Part shown: piece by piece, positions 1 through 9,947 of the stretch
Layout: each line of letters opens with the position of its first letter
How positions within the stretch are numbered: the stretch's first letter is position 1
From: a virus
DNA: 64,000 nucleotides
Strand: one strand, 5' to 3'
IMG/VR virus record: IMGVR_UViG_3300031963_012969
The notes under the pieces: model-generated
Databases searched by the model: none
Told to the model about the DNA's origin: nothing
Seen by the model: only the letters and a program-made list of their open reading frames with translations
Program-made: the position numbers and the translations under genes

Positions 1-2022
1 AAATTGCTTTTTCTTCTCTGGAGTCTCTATTTTCTGGATTATATCCGAAAAATTACTTTCTACTTCTTTTTCTTGGTCCTGTATTTGATCAGTAAATGTA
101 TATTTAGATTCTTTAAGTCTTTTCTTGAACTCTTGTTTTTTTTCTGGAGTTTCTATTGTATCTATGATGTCAGAAAATTCTGAGTCTATTTTAGAGTCTA
201 CTGTAGACTCAACGTCATCAAATTTTTGATATAATTTGGACCCCTTTAGTTTCTGTATTTTTTCTGTAAAATTTTGTTTTTCTTCTGTAGTATTTAAATA
301 TCGTATTTCATTTGAGAACTTAGACTCTATTTCTTTTACATCATTTTTATTTCTGCGCTCAGATGTATTGCTATCCTCATTTATATGAATTTTCTGTTCT
401 TTATTTATTTTTTGTAATTCCTGACTGAATTGTTTTTTTTCTTCTTCTGTTCCGAATTTCTCTATTACGTTAGATAATTGATCTAGTGTGCTAGTGGCCT
501 TATTCCTTGATTCTGTAGTTATTCTAGGCTGTGTACCTGGGGTCTTATTTATAGAGTTAAAAACCCTTGGATAATTTTCTTGTATGCTATTTTTCTCGTT
601 TTCGTTTATTTTTCCTTGTCGCTCAGCCCTAGATAATACGTCTCTGACTAATTTTGATGGTTCTGTTATGTCTATCGACCTTTTAGATTGCTTGAGTATT
701 GTTTCCTTTTGATTATTGAATGTTTCTATCTCTTGTTTTGTTCCATGCTTCTCTATAATTTTTTGTACCTGGTTTATAGTGGTATCCAGTTTTGGCGTAT
801 CAGCGATTTCTACCGAAGATTCTGGTAAATATGGTGATTCGGTTCTAGTCCTTTTATCTATTTCTTTTATTATTCTATCTACTTTGTCGGTCTTATTTGT
901 GACATTATTGGTATTTGTAACGTTATCTGTATTTGTGACATTATTGGTATTTGTAACGTTATCCGTATTTGTTACGTTATCTGTGCTCTTTGTAACGTTA
1001 TCCGTATTTGTTACGTTACTGATGTTTTCAGTGTTTTGTTGATTTAATGTGTTTATTGCTTCAAGTGCTTCGGAGTACTTAGATATTTCATCTCTGTCGT
1101 TGTCGCTTAGCTTTCCTTCTGTTCCGGCTCTTTCTATTACGTCTTTAGCTAATTTAACCGGTGCCGTTATATTTATTTTATTTGGATCTGTAATACCATT
1201 AGATAGAATATTTTGAGCTTTAGCGTGCTCTTTCCTAGCCTGGTCTATTTCTTGAGCCCTTTGCGGTGTGGGTCCGTATGGCAGTGATGGTCTTTTTAAT
1301 ACCTCTCCAGCTAATTTAGATAAATTACTATCTTTTGATTGCTGGGATCGATCAGTTATTTCGCCCATGAATCCGCCAAATTTTCTGTTAAATGCGGCCA
1401 TGTTTTGAAAAGTTTCCGCTCTACTAAATCCACGTGACTTTGAGTAATCCCAATTACCGTCCTTATCAGACATCAAATTGCTAACATTTCTTACTATGTT
1501 TGCGGCGTGTACAGCATTTGCCTCAGCGTTTCTTATGCCAGGTCCGGCCATATTTTCGGTAAAGTTACCCATTACAACACCAAAAGCATCTGTCATGCTT
1601 CCACCAGGAGTATATTGATCGGCAAACTCTTGAAATAATCTGTTTTGCCCTAAGTCACCTAATCCACTTAACATTGGATTTGCTGCCAATAAAGATGGCT
1701 TTGCTAAATCAAATACTCTGTGTCGCTCTTGCATTGAGGTGTACTGATAGTCGGACACAGAGGGCCTCTTGAAAGACCCAAGCATAGGTCTCCCGCCGTT
1801 AAATGATGACACCATTAAATTAATCATCATATCAAGCATCGGGTTACCTGTAGCGATTGATGAAGCTGGGGCAAAACCCCTATTTGCCTCATTTCTTGCT
1901 ATGTCTATGGGAGACATAGATGGATACCCATATGGTAGATTGATTCCTGGAGGTATTTGCGAGTTTAATCCACCAATTTCTCCAATTTGCCGCTGATTAT
2001 TCAATATATCGTATGGATTCAC
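1..2022 (-). CDS. Tape-measure-like protein, N-terminal part (runs off window start)
   Basis: Not in ORF track. Hand translation from GTG at 2022 (VNPYDILNNQRQ...) stays open to position 1, with helical charged repeats (IEKFGTEEEKKQF, IDTIETPEKKQEF). Lies directly after a frameshifted chaperone pair, the canonical tape-measure position. Confidence 0.7.
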   Translation of the reverse strand, partial: MNPYDILNNQRQIGEIGGLNSQIPPGINLPYGYPSMSPIDIARNEANRGFAPASSIATGNPMLDMMINLMVSSFNGGRPMLGSFKRPSVSDYQYTSMQERHRVFDLAKPSLLAANPMLSGLGDLGQNRLFQEFADQYTPGGSMTDAFGVVMGNFTENMAGPGIRNAEANAVHAANIVRNVSNLMSDKDGNWDYSKSRGFSRAETFQNMAAFNRKFGGFMGEITDRSQQSKDSNLSKLAGEVLKRPSLPYGPTPQRAQEIDQARKEHAKAQNILSNGITDPNKINITAPVKLAKDVIERAGTEGKLSDNDRDEISKYSEALEAINTLNQQNTENISNVTNTDNVTKSTDNVTNTDNVTNTNNVTNTDNVTNTNNVTNKTDKVDRIIKEIDKRTRTESPYLPESSVEIADTPKLDTTINQVQKIIEKHGTKQEIETFNNQKETILKQSKRSIDITEPSKLVRDVLSRAERQGKINENEKNSIQENYPRVFNSINKTPGTQPRITTESRNKATSTLDQLSNVIEKFGTEEEKKQFSQELQKINKEQKIHINEDSNTSERRNKNDVKEIESKFSNEIRYLNTTEEKQNFTEKIQKLKGSKLYQKFDDVESTVDSKIDSEFSDIIDTIETPEKKQEFKKRLKESKYTFTDQIQDQEKEVESNFSDIIQKIETPEKKKQF
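895..1017 (-). repeat. Degenerate 18-bp tandem repeat encoding (NVTNTD/N) x ~7
   Basis: Units such as gtatttgtaacgttatct and gtatttgtgacattattg, in frame within the tape-measure-like ORF. Confidence 0.9.
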
Positions 2023-2079
2023 TATATTACTATATCTTTAATTTATTTAACCAAAAAGACAAAATTCATAAATGATTTA

Positions 2080-2400
2080 TTACTTCATGTCTGGGAACAT
2101 CTTTTTATATTCTTCTATTAACTCATCATTTGTTTTCATTTTCTTTGATTCTGGCTTAATAAGTTTTATGTATGGATAGCAAGATTCTATAAATTTATTA
2201 AAATTTTCTGTCCTATTTGAATTAGCTTTATTTATATTTTCTGGAGATATGAAATTCATTCCACCTAGAACACTTATCTTTGTTGTAAGTATCTCCATGT
2301 AATTTTCATGCTCTAATCCTCCACGAGCCATTTCAAGCCTAACTCTCTCGTAAAGAGAAGGCATGTCATCTGCAGACTTATTACCAGTCAAACCCCGCAA
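2080..2400 (-). CDS. Tail assembly chaperone, C-terminal (GT-like) part reached by -1 frameshift
   Basis: Weak TTG start; the frame stays open upstream to a slippery site in the preceding gene. Confidence 0.7.
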   Translation of the reverse strand: MRGLTGNKSADDMPSLYERVRLEMARGGLEHENYMEILTTKISVLGGMNFISPENINKANSNRTENFNKFIESCYPYIKLIKPESKKMKTNDELIEEYKKMFPDMK

Positions 2401-2445
2401 AAAGGCCTGTCTGGTTAGGAACCTTTTGCGGGTTTCGAAAAATTT
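2390..2445 (-). promoter_or_regulatory. Programmed -1 ribosomal frameshift signal
   Basis: In-frame heptamer A AAT TTT (2445-2439) followed 3 nt later by the stem AAACCCGCAAAAGG / CCTTTTTGCGGGGTTT. Confidence 0.75.
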
Positions 2446-2972
2446 ACATCAAAAGCTTCTTTCGCAAGGTCATACAATTTTTGATTAAATTGTGTCATCA
2501 TTCCCATTAATATATATAAACTAGACGAAGATAATGAACCTACATAACTTTTATCTATAATCGCAAGTAAATTAAAGTCTTTCATTTCCCATACGCTTGA
2601 TGGGTATTCTTTTATTTGCTCCACCCCATTTACAGATGCTAACTGATAGTATAAGCATCCAAGATTAAATAAATTTATATATTCCTGAACCGAATACAGC
2701 AATCCATCATTATATATTTTGTCTACCTGTCTTGAGATAATATCAGTTTCTTTTTTTGTTTTATCCTTAAATTCTACATTAATTTTAAGTTTTTTGTTTT
2801 CAAATTTTTGCCTAAAAACATTTCCTGTTGCTAGGCACTCGGCATAAAGATCTCTATCTTTTTCCGTTATTTCTAGCCTAGGTAACTTAAGTGATGAATT
2901 AGCTGTTTCGTTCCCCTCTATCGTTGGGATAGCGGACTCTTTTATTGATTGTAGTGTTTCTTTTTGTTCCAT
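2415..2972 (-). CDS. Tail assembly chaperone (G-like)
   Basis: 185 aa, upstream of the tape-measure-like gene, ends just after a slippery sequence. Confidence 0.7.
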   Translation of the reverse strand: MEQKETLQSIKESAIPTIEGNETANSSLKLPRLEITEKDRDLYAECLATGNVFRQKFENKKLKINVEFKDKTKKETDIISRQVDKIYNDGLLYSVQEYINLFNLGCLYYQLASVNGVEQIKEYPSSVWEMKDFNLLAIIDKSYVGSLSSSSLYILMGMMTQFNQKLYDLAKEAFDVNFSKPAKGS

Positions 2973-2976
2973 ATTT

Positions 2977-5367
2977 TTACGAATGATATTTTATTTCTGA
3001 ATATTTTAATTTTTCAAATTTACCGCCTTCTTCTTTTTGTTCTTTATAAATCTTGGGGGTTCCATCTTCTGATACATTTTCCTCTTTGTATGTTATCCAA
3101 CATTCTTTAGAGCCATCCAAGTATTCTTTTCCTGGCCATGCCATTTCATCGTACCTGTCTTTATCTGATGAATGGTCCCATGTACTTAAATTGTCTTTAT
3201 ATTGCCTTTGCCAAAAAGATTCAAACCATAAATGCTCTAATGTATTATATTCTTTTACTCTTCTATATCTCCAGTCTATATCTGGGTAGTCTTCTGTCAA
3301 CCACGGACTTCTGCAGTCTCTAATTATCTTAGGCTGTGGAACTTCTTCAGATATTGCTCCGAACGCTGAATATCTTTTGTGCTCCTCTGGAGGAATTTTT
3401 ATCGGCTCCTTTAATGTAAGCACATGTGGATAGTATCTTTTTGATGCGTGCATCCCATTTGACATTACATGGTCAATTGCAATAAGGCTCTTTTCAGCCA
3501 TACAGTAACCCTTAGTGTATGCAGTTTCTTCGAATACACCAAATTGTCCGCACTGTACAGATCCTGCATTGACCATGACCATCCCCCTCCTTTTTGGGGG
3601 GGTTCCATCTTCTGTATACAGAAAATGAACATTATCTGCCCAATGTAATGAAGCGCTAGATCTAACCAGAACAAATGGGCCGGTTTCATCATTCGGCCCC
3701 ATAATTGCAACGGCTACGTCAGCCACAGAGTTAATTACTGGAGCCCTTGAAAGAACATTACCATTAGTTCTTAAAACTATTCCAGATGAATGATATTCAT
3801 CTCCCTGCTTTTCTATTACGCTAGGTCCAGTACTGTTGAGTGCTGTTAATTGTATGCTCCCCCTCTTTGAGTCTATGAGGGTGTGCATACCGGATCTAAC
3901 TCTAATATTTCCTTCTGTCGTGTGTAATTCAGCAGATTTTTTGCTTTTCATTATTAGATCATGTCCAGCAATAGTTATTACATTTTTTCCTGATATTATT
4001 TCCAGGTCTTTTACAGAAGTTAATACAAGCTTACCGCCCCTTAATTCTATGCTGGATCCCCAGGCATCTCTAAGCAATACAGATCCATCAGGTAATACTC
4101 CACAAAACGCCTCTCCCTCTCTTGATTGCTGATAGTCTGGGATTCCTTTAATATCTTGTTTTATTTGATTTACTTTACCAAATGAACAATACTGAGACCC
4201 GCCCATTTCAAGTTTCTTGCCTGGCTCTGGCTCTGGGTCTTTCCAGTCTTTTTCATATTTTTCGTATCTTTTAAATCTATATCCACCAGACATTTGCCAT
4301 GACACATAGTCCCTGGCCATACAACCAAAAGCAGCTGGATGTTGATCTTCTGGGGCTATCTTGAAACCTTTTCTAGATTTATTGTCATAAATTTCTTTAT
4401 CACCTTTTCCAGTAAAGTCGTCTTCTTGTTTTTGTTGCTTAGGTAAATATATACCATTCAATTTTTGCATCCAAGTTGATGAAGTAGTGCAAATAGATTG
4501 TATACCTAATTCATCAAACCATGTGTCAGAGTGAACAGTTCCGTCTTTAATGCTTTTGTTTGACTCTATTGCAACCCCCGAAGACAGCCATCCAGATGTT
4601 AATCTGTTTGTGTGATTTTTTCTTTGGTCTTCTACAAATGATTTAAGATCTGGAGAAAATAATATTTCTAGATTACTTCTTCCAAAGTCACAAAATCCCC
4701 TTAACTTAAAAGATGAATTATATATTTGGGCATTGTGCGCAACAACATCTAATAAATCATCTATTGAATTTAAAGTAACCGACACAAGATTTCCAGCCTG
4801 TGTCCTGTAATAATATTTTCCATGTATTCTCCCTACATGATTTTCTGATATTGAAGAAACTTCACCAGGGATTACATCACTCGGAATAGATGTTTTATCT
4901 GCCTCTAATTTAAGCTCATCGCACTCAAAGGTAGAGGGTTTACCTATGGAAAAAAAGGTCTGCTTATATTCTTTAAAGATTGATGGTGTTATTCTGGATC
5001 CCTTTATTGATTCACCTGGCATTAAAACAGCCGCTATTATCACCCCATATGTTGTGTCTTGCCCCTTTGAAACTATAACATGGTCACCTATTTGAGGCGA
5101 ATAAATTTCTGTTACAGCGCTAACCGAACCGAAACTTGTGCAATTATACAAACATCTTATATAAGCATTGAAACCAACTGACACTAAAGCTGTATTATTT
5201 TCTGGCCAGCTATCTACAACTCTTCCAATTAACACAGAAAATTGTGAGTATTGGTTCGGTTCTCTGTCTACATAGTCGCTGTTAACAGCATTTATAGGAT
5301 CAGATGGAGACGGCATGCCTGAAGACATTGACCGAAAATTTGGAGAAGTTGAGTTTCTTTGTGCCAT
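2977..5367 (-). CDS. Baseplate spike/hub protein (gp5/VgrG/gpV-like)
   Basis: N-terminal OB-fold-like segment (GRVVDSW...PQIGDHVIV) and beta-helix-like run (GSSIELRGGKLVLTSVKDLEIISGKNVITIAGHDLIMKS); tail module. Confidence 0.6.
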   Translation of the reverse strand: MAQRNSTSPNFRSMSSGMPSPSDPINAVNSDYVDREPNQYSQFSVLIGRVVDSWPENNTALVSVGFNAYIRCLYNCTSFGSVSAVTEIYSPQIGDHVIVSKGQDTTYGVIIAAVLMPGESIKGSRITPSIFKEYKQTFFSIGKPSTFECDELKLEADKTSIPSDVIPGEVSSISENHVGRIHGKYYYRTQAGNLVSVTLNSIDDLLDVVAHNAQIYNSSFKLRGFCDFGRSNLEILFSPDLKSFVEDQRKNHTNRLTSGWLSSGVAIESNKSIKDGTVHSDTWFDELGIQSICTTSSTWMQKLNGIYLPKQQKQEDDFTGKGDKEIYDNKSRKGFKIAPEDQHPAAFGCMARDYVSWQMSGGYRFKRYEKYEKDWKDPEPEPGKKLEMGGSQYCSFGKVNQIKQDIKGIPDYQQSREGEAFCGVLPDGSVLLRDAWGSSIELRGGKLVLTSVKDLEIISGKNVITIAGHDLIMKSKKSAELHTTEGNIRVRSGMHTLIDSKRGSIQLTALNSTGPSVIEKQGDEYHSSGIVLRTNGNVLSRAPVINSVADVAVAIMGPNDETGPFVLVRSSASLHWADNVHFLYTEDGTPPKRRGMVMVNAGSVQCGQFGVFEETAYTKGYCMAEKSLIAIDHVMSNGMHASKRYYPHVLTLKEPIKIPPEEHKRYSAFGAISEEVPQPKIIRDCRSPWLTEDYPDIDWRYRRVKEYNTLEHLWFESFWQRQYKDNLSTWDHSSDKDRYDEMAWPGKEYLDGSKECWITYKEENVSEDGTPKIYKEQKEEGGKFEKLKYSEIKYHS

Positions 5368-5381
5368 AAACGATTTAAATT

Positions 5382-5418
5382 AAAATAGGCAATGCGAAAA
5401 AATCACATTGCCTATTTA
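5382..5418 (-). terminator. Intrinsic terminator-like hairpin after the tube genes
   Basis: aaaataggcaatg...cattgcctatttt perfect inverted repeat. Confidence 0.7.
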
Positions 5419-5460
5419 TATTTAATTCTTTGATTGTGTAAAGAATTTTCTTAACTAAAA

Positions 5461-5988
5461 TTAAGCTCCAGCAGCCAATGCAACAGATCTTGCATTAGTA
5501 GCCGAGTTTAATTCTTCATTAGGGTCTTTCTTGGGGACTGCTTCTTGCATAGCAACGAATGTAGCAACTAAGTTTTCTCTTATTAAGAGATCTTGAGTTG
5601 TCATCGAAACTCCGTATTGCGTAATAAACACGCCAGTAAGAGTTTTTCCTCTAAGCGTAGCGGATCCTTGTCCATAGCAACCAGAGGAAGCTTGAATGAT
5701 AACCGTGCCGCCACCTGCGCAAGAATTGAACAACGCTCTATCAAAGTCAACATTACTGAGGATTTTGCCCACAGTTAATTGACCTTGTGCACGCCCAAGT
5801 TGCATGTAAGCCGAATTTGATCCGAGTTCAAACAATTGAGTAACTTGTTGTTGATAACTGCACTCGACGTTTTGAACCAGAGCTCCAACACCAGATGCTG
5901 TTGTTCCCGACACAGTCATTACTGCTGTATCAGATGAGTAAACACCACCAACTGGTACTACTGTTCTTCCGAAAAGGTCATTAGCCAT
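5461..5988 (-). CDS. Tail tube protein, copy 2 (C-terminal extension)
   Basis: About 80% identical to the neighbour by manual alignment; YQQQVTQLFELGS tube-like motif; follows the sheath. Confidence 0.75.
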   Translation of the reverse strand: MANDLFGRTVVPVGGVYSSDTAVMTVSGTTASGVGALVQNVECSYQQQVTQLFELGSNSAYMQLGRAQGQLTVGKILSNVDFDRALFNSCAGGGTVIIQASSGCYGQGSATLRGKTLTGVFITQYGVSMTTQDLLIRENLVATFVAMQEAVPKKDPNEELNSATNARSVALAAGA

Positions 5989-6015
5989 AATTTTATTTCT
6001 TTCTTTATTATATTT

Positions 6016-6462
6016 TTATTCTTCCATGCTCGTGAACATTGCCACGAGGTTTTCTCTTATGAGAAGGTCTTGAGTTGTCATTGAAACGCCATACTGAGTT
6101 ACAAATACACCCTTAAGTGTTTTTCCTTTTAATTTTGAGCTACCCTGCCCCTGACAGCCGGATGAGGCCTGTATAATACAAGTTGCTCCCCCAGCGCAAG
6201 AATTGAACAATGCTCTATCAAAGTCTTGATTGCTAAGAATTTTTCCTATAGTCAAATTACCTTGTGCACGTCCAAGTTGCATGTAGACCTGATTAGATCC
6301 TAGCTCAAATATTTGGTTTACTTGTTGTGTATATGTAGCTTCAACATTTTGGACTAAGGCACCAGCACCTGAGCCAGCTGCCCCGGATACGGTCATTACT
6401 GCCGTATCCGAGGAGTAAACTCCGCCGACTGGTACTACTGTTCTTCCAAAGATGTCAGCCAT
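6016..6462 (-). CDS. Tail tube protein, copy 1
   Basis: 148 aa immediately downstream of the sheath; YTQQVNQIFELGS. Confidence 0.8.
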   Translation of the reverse strand: MADIFGRTVVPVGGVYSSDTAVMTVSGAAGSGAGALVQNVEATYTQQVNQIFELGSNQVYMQLGRAQGNLTIGKILSNQDFDRALFNSCAGGATCIIQASSGCQGQGSSKLKGKTLKGVFVTQYGVSMTTQDLLIRENLVAMFTSMEE

Positions 6463-6485
6463 GGTTTTTCTTTAGTTTTACTAAA

Positions 6486-9242
6486 TTAGATAACAGTAAG
6501 TTTAACTTGAATCACGTTGACTGGGTAAGGCAACGTAAGATTGATGTCAACAAGAACCCTGGTTCTGATCAATGGATCAGTACCAATGTTCGCTATCTCA
6601 AAGTTTAACAATTGAGGACCAGCCTTGACAGTGACAGCTCTTCCTTGTAAGAAGGTGAGTCTATCAACAAGTCTTGTCTTAAGAAGCTGCTGGAAGAACG
6701 GGTGATTGTTCCATTGTCCGATGAATTGTCTCAAGTCTTCTCTGATTAACTTAGAAATCGAGTCAAGATTTGTAGTAATAGACACTTCAGCCATATTGTC
6801 GTCAGTGTAATCTGTCGTCAATTGATGTCTGTTGAATATTTCACCACCATTTCTGTCTTGGTCGATGATCCATGTTCCACCGCCAGCAATTATATTGAGG
6901 TCGGTCATAGTGAAGTAAGGAGTGGACCTATCAGCTCTTGTGAAACCATTTAAGATAACATTAGTAACTGGTTGATGAGGAGCAACGCCAGACTTAAGTC
7001 CAGCAATCGCTGCTGCAGCAAAATACCCAGCAACAGAAAGGTCCCCGTCTCTAAGAATATCTGGCCAGACATTCACAACACGTCTAACTCCGAGTCTTTC
7101 GGATGAAGCAGCAATTTTTTCGGCTTGCTCACGTTTTGTTAAATTTCTGACTATTTGAATTCTGCGAGGCGACGATTCGGATCCAACTGGAGCCGAGAAC
7201 GCAGGAGACTCTAATCTGAGTGTTTGCTCGTCCAGAACTTCAACAACCTTGAAGGATTGATAAACATCATTACCTAATGCGTCAACCGTGAAGTTGGATC
7301 TAAATGTATCTCCTGCTCTAACTCTGTCCGTAAGGAGCGAGGCACCAGGGACAGTGACTCTGTTGTAGACAGCTGGTTCAGAGCCAGGAGCCATTTCAAC
7401 ATAGCCAGTCCATGCTGTTGCACCATCAGCCAATTTATCATAGAGCATTGTAACTGGAGAGAAAGATTGATTGACAATTGCAATTCTTTCGCGTGCAACC
7501 ATTTCATCACTTGCGCTCATTACATGCCCTTTAGCGGCCTGTATAATTCTCTCGTCGCTAGACATTGGAACAATATAGTATGCGGTAACCTCATTAAGGG
7601 TAGCGTCAAACGCTCTATTGTATCCATCAAGGTTGTCTTCATCAACTGGGACAAAGTAAACTCTAGTGCCACCAGAATTTTGAAGAGCCTTAAACACGCC
7701 ATAAGCAATTGGATTCTCTGGAACCAATTTTCCGCATTGAGCTGGTATTAACGATGGCTCAGAGATCGAATTAATTCTAAGAGCATTTTGAAGCTGAAGT
7801 GCTTTGTAACCAATTAATACTCTAGCGCTCTTAATCTCAAGATTAGATAGAGCTCCGCTCAATTCAGTGAATTGAGAGTCATTGATATAAATATCGCTCT
7901 GAAGAGCTAAAGTAGCGTCACCAGTTTCATCGTCAACATCAAGAGACCAAGCATTGTCACCAGGTCTAGGATAACCAGCACGTGGAATTACGATTGAGTC
8001 AACATTGTGGCAGAATTCAACAGATATATCTGTGGAGCTGCTAACACTAGATGGAACTTTGTCGAGCAACTTAATTGTTCTAGCCTCACCAGCTGTAGAA
8101 GCGGTGACAGGGATATAGAATATATCGCCAGTTCTCAAGCCGTCATTCTCGGATACATCAAATTTTCCGACGAGACCCAAAGATCCAAGGAAGAAGTTTC
8201 CATTACTTGTATCAACTTTTTGAGGAGGAAGTGCATCAATCGCATTATTAGTTGTAACAACAACTTCAAGATTTTGACTCCATGTTCCGCCTTTAATTAC
8301 TTCAACTTCGTAAACAGTGTCATATAAACCTGCGTAATCTTTTCCTGGATCAGCGTTGTCAATCGATGGTAAATTTTGTTCAAATTTTTTCGCAACCGAA
8401 ACGACATACGAATCTCCAACGACAAACCCGTTAGTAGAACTAAAGTCAATAGAAAGACCATTTGTTCCAACGGCAAGTGATATACCGGAAATAGAAGAAA
8501 CAGCAACATTGTCGCCATTTAAGCTAGTGACCGAAAACTTAGCAGCAGATCCATTTCCGCCAGCTGTTACTGTTATTGTATATACATCGTCTAATCTACC
8601 GCTTCTGAGATCTCCAGAATAATCACTAGAAACACTTTGAGCAATAGATCTACCGCTACCGGTTGCTTCATTTATTGCGGCAACAGTAAAGGCATCACTA
8701 GCGTAAAATTTATTACTGATGTCTGCAGAGATTGTGCCTATTTGTGCATCAACTCTATCACGGATAATGTCAAACACTCTAGTTTTGAGTTGTGTTACAC
8801 CACCAGAAGAGACAATAACAGAGTCACCAACTTTGACGTCTCTATTCTTGAATGCAGAATTTCTACTCGCGGAAATTTCTGGATATGCAACGAATCCGTC
8901 TGCAGTATCAGATATCTTAAGCAGATTTTGGCTGCTTCCGACATTAATAACTGGAGAGGAGAGTTGAGCATATTTAGCTGTGACGTCTTTTAGATTCACT
9001 AAAACTGAATCTCTTTCAAGGATGTCTAAATCTGTGTATCCTTTGATTTTGTATGTTTGGTCAACTAAATTGTTAAAAGCTCCATAATCAACGAAAGCTT
9101 CGTCTTCTGGATCATTAACGTCTCTGACCAATTTTTGGGGTCCTACGATCACTGCAATAAGATCTTGAGTAGCTGCTGCTGGGAGCGCCACAAAATCTTG
9201 CTGAACGATCACCTGTGGGAGTAAGTATGTTCTTTTAGCCAT
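6486..9242 (-). CDS. Contractile tail sheath protein
   Basis: 918 aa; N-terminal YLLPQVIVQQ; C-terminal AAAIAGL...HQPVTN...HQLTT...EVSI...LPYPVNVIQV sheath signature. Confidence 0.9.
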   Translation of the reverse strand: MAKRTYLLPQVIVQQDFVALPAAATQDLIAVIVGPQKLVRDVNDPEDEAFVDYGAFNNLVDQTYKIKGYTDLDILERDSVLVNLKDVTAKYAQLSSPVINVGSSQNLLKISDTADGFVAYPEISASRNSAFKNRDVKVGDSVIVSSGGVTQLKTRVFDIIRDRVDAQIGTISADISNKFYASDAFTVAAINEATGSGRSIAQSVSSDYSGDLRSGRLDDVYTITVTAGGNGSAAKFSVTSLNGDNVAVSSISGISLAVGTNGLSIDFSSTNGFVVGDSYVVSVAKKFEQNLPSIDNADPGKDYAGLYDTVYEVEVIKGGTWSQNLEVVVTTNNAIDALPPQKVDTSNGNFFLGSLGLVGKFDVSENDGLRTGDIFYIPVTASTAGEARTIKLLDKVPSSVSSSTDISVEFCHNVDSIVIPRAGYPRPGDNAWSLDVDDETGDATLALQSDIYINDSQFTELSGALSNLEIKSARVLIGYKALQLQNALRINSISEPSLIPAQCGKLVPENPIAYGVFKALQNSGGTRVYFVPVDEDNLDGYNRAFDATLNEVTAYYIVPMSSDERIIQAAKGHVMSASDEMVARERIAIVNQSFSPVTMLYDKLADGATAWTGYVEMAPGSEPAVYNRVTVPGASLLTDRVRAGDTFRSNFTVDALGNDVYQSFKVVEVLDEQTLRLESPAFSAPVGSESSPRRIQIVRNLTKREQAEKIAASSERLGVRRVVNVWPDILRDGDLSVAGYFAAAAIAGLKSGVAPHQPVTNVILNGFTRADRSTPYFTMTDLNIIAGGGTWIIDQDRNGGEIFNRHQLTTDYTDDNMAEVSITTNLDSISKLIREDLRQFIGQWNNHPFFQQLLKTRLVDRLTFLQGRAVTVKAGPQLLNFEIANIGTDPLIRTRVLVDINLTLPYPVNVIQVKLTVI

Positions 9243-9264
9243 AATTTTATTTTTATATTATTTA

Positions 9265-9945
9265 TTAGATTTTCTGTTCTGACAAGATTTTTTTGGCAGA
9301 GTCAGAGTAAATTAGGTTTGTAAACACAGATTTAATCCTAAGGTTTTCTGTTTTTACTCCTAATATCTCTTGATATTTTAACTCACATAAAAAATCTGTC
9401 ACGAAAAACTCTTTATATTCTTCTATTTTTTGTGTTTCGGTCATCTGTGACGCTCTGAATTTCTCAAAGCAAAAAGCTTCAGATATTTGATGTCCAAACG
9501 CCGATACAAAATATTTTACTTCTGTAGCCAGTTCTAAACTGGATAGCATATTCTCTGATATACATCTAAATCTTATTACAGATTCAACTATATTCAACAT
9601 ATAAGTTGTGGAATTTTGTAGATCGTGTAAAGAATAATCTCCAAGAGATTGCTGTGGATATGCTATTTGTTTAATACCAACAAGTATTGCAGGTCTTTTT
9701 CCAATCACAGACCTATTCGCGTTATGCTCTTCGCTTATCCACACATTTGATTCTGCTTGGTCTTCTTTCCATAAATACTTAGAGAAATCAGTTGATATTC
9801 TATTTTCTGTACCAAAAAACTGCTTAAGGGTGGCCACAAAAACAGATATTGCATATATAGGACTTTTTATTCTATGTCCTGTGTGCGGTTTTACCGGATA
9901 AAGCCTGACTCCGTCTGGAGCAATCAATGTATCGTCTGTATCCAT
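9265..9945 (-). CDS. Tail terminator/completion protein (putative)
   Basis: KRPAILV motif, size, and position between neck genes and sheath. Confidence 0.55.
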   Translation of the reverse strand: MDTDDTLIAPDGVRLYPVKPHTGHRIKSPIYAISVFVATLKQFFGTENRISTDFSKYLWKEDQAESNVWISEEHNANRSVIGKRPAILVGIKQIAYPQQSLGDYSLHDLQNSTTYMLNIVESVIRFRCISENMLSSLELATEVKYFVSAFGHQISEAFCFEKFRASQMTETQKIEEYKEFFVTDFLCELKYQEILGVKTENLRIKSVFTNLIYSDSAKKILSEQKI

Positions 9946-9947
9946 TT

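Noticed and set aside
895-1017. Possible CRISPR array
   Set aside because: Contiguous in-frame coding repeats with no spacers; no cas genes or repeat-spacer array seen in the window.
716-1042. Hydrophobic repeat ORF on the plus strand
   Set aside because: Reverse-strand reading of the NVTNTD repeat in the tape-measure-like gene.
5461-5500. ssrA-like degradation tag (VALAAGA) on tube copy 2
   Set aside because: Does not end in LAA; the resemblance may be chance.
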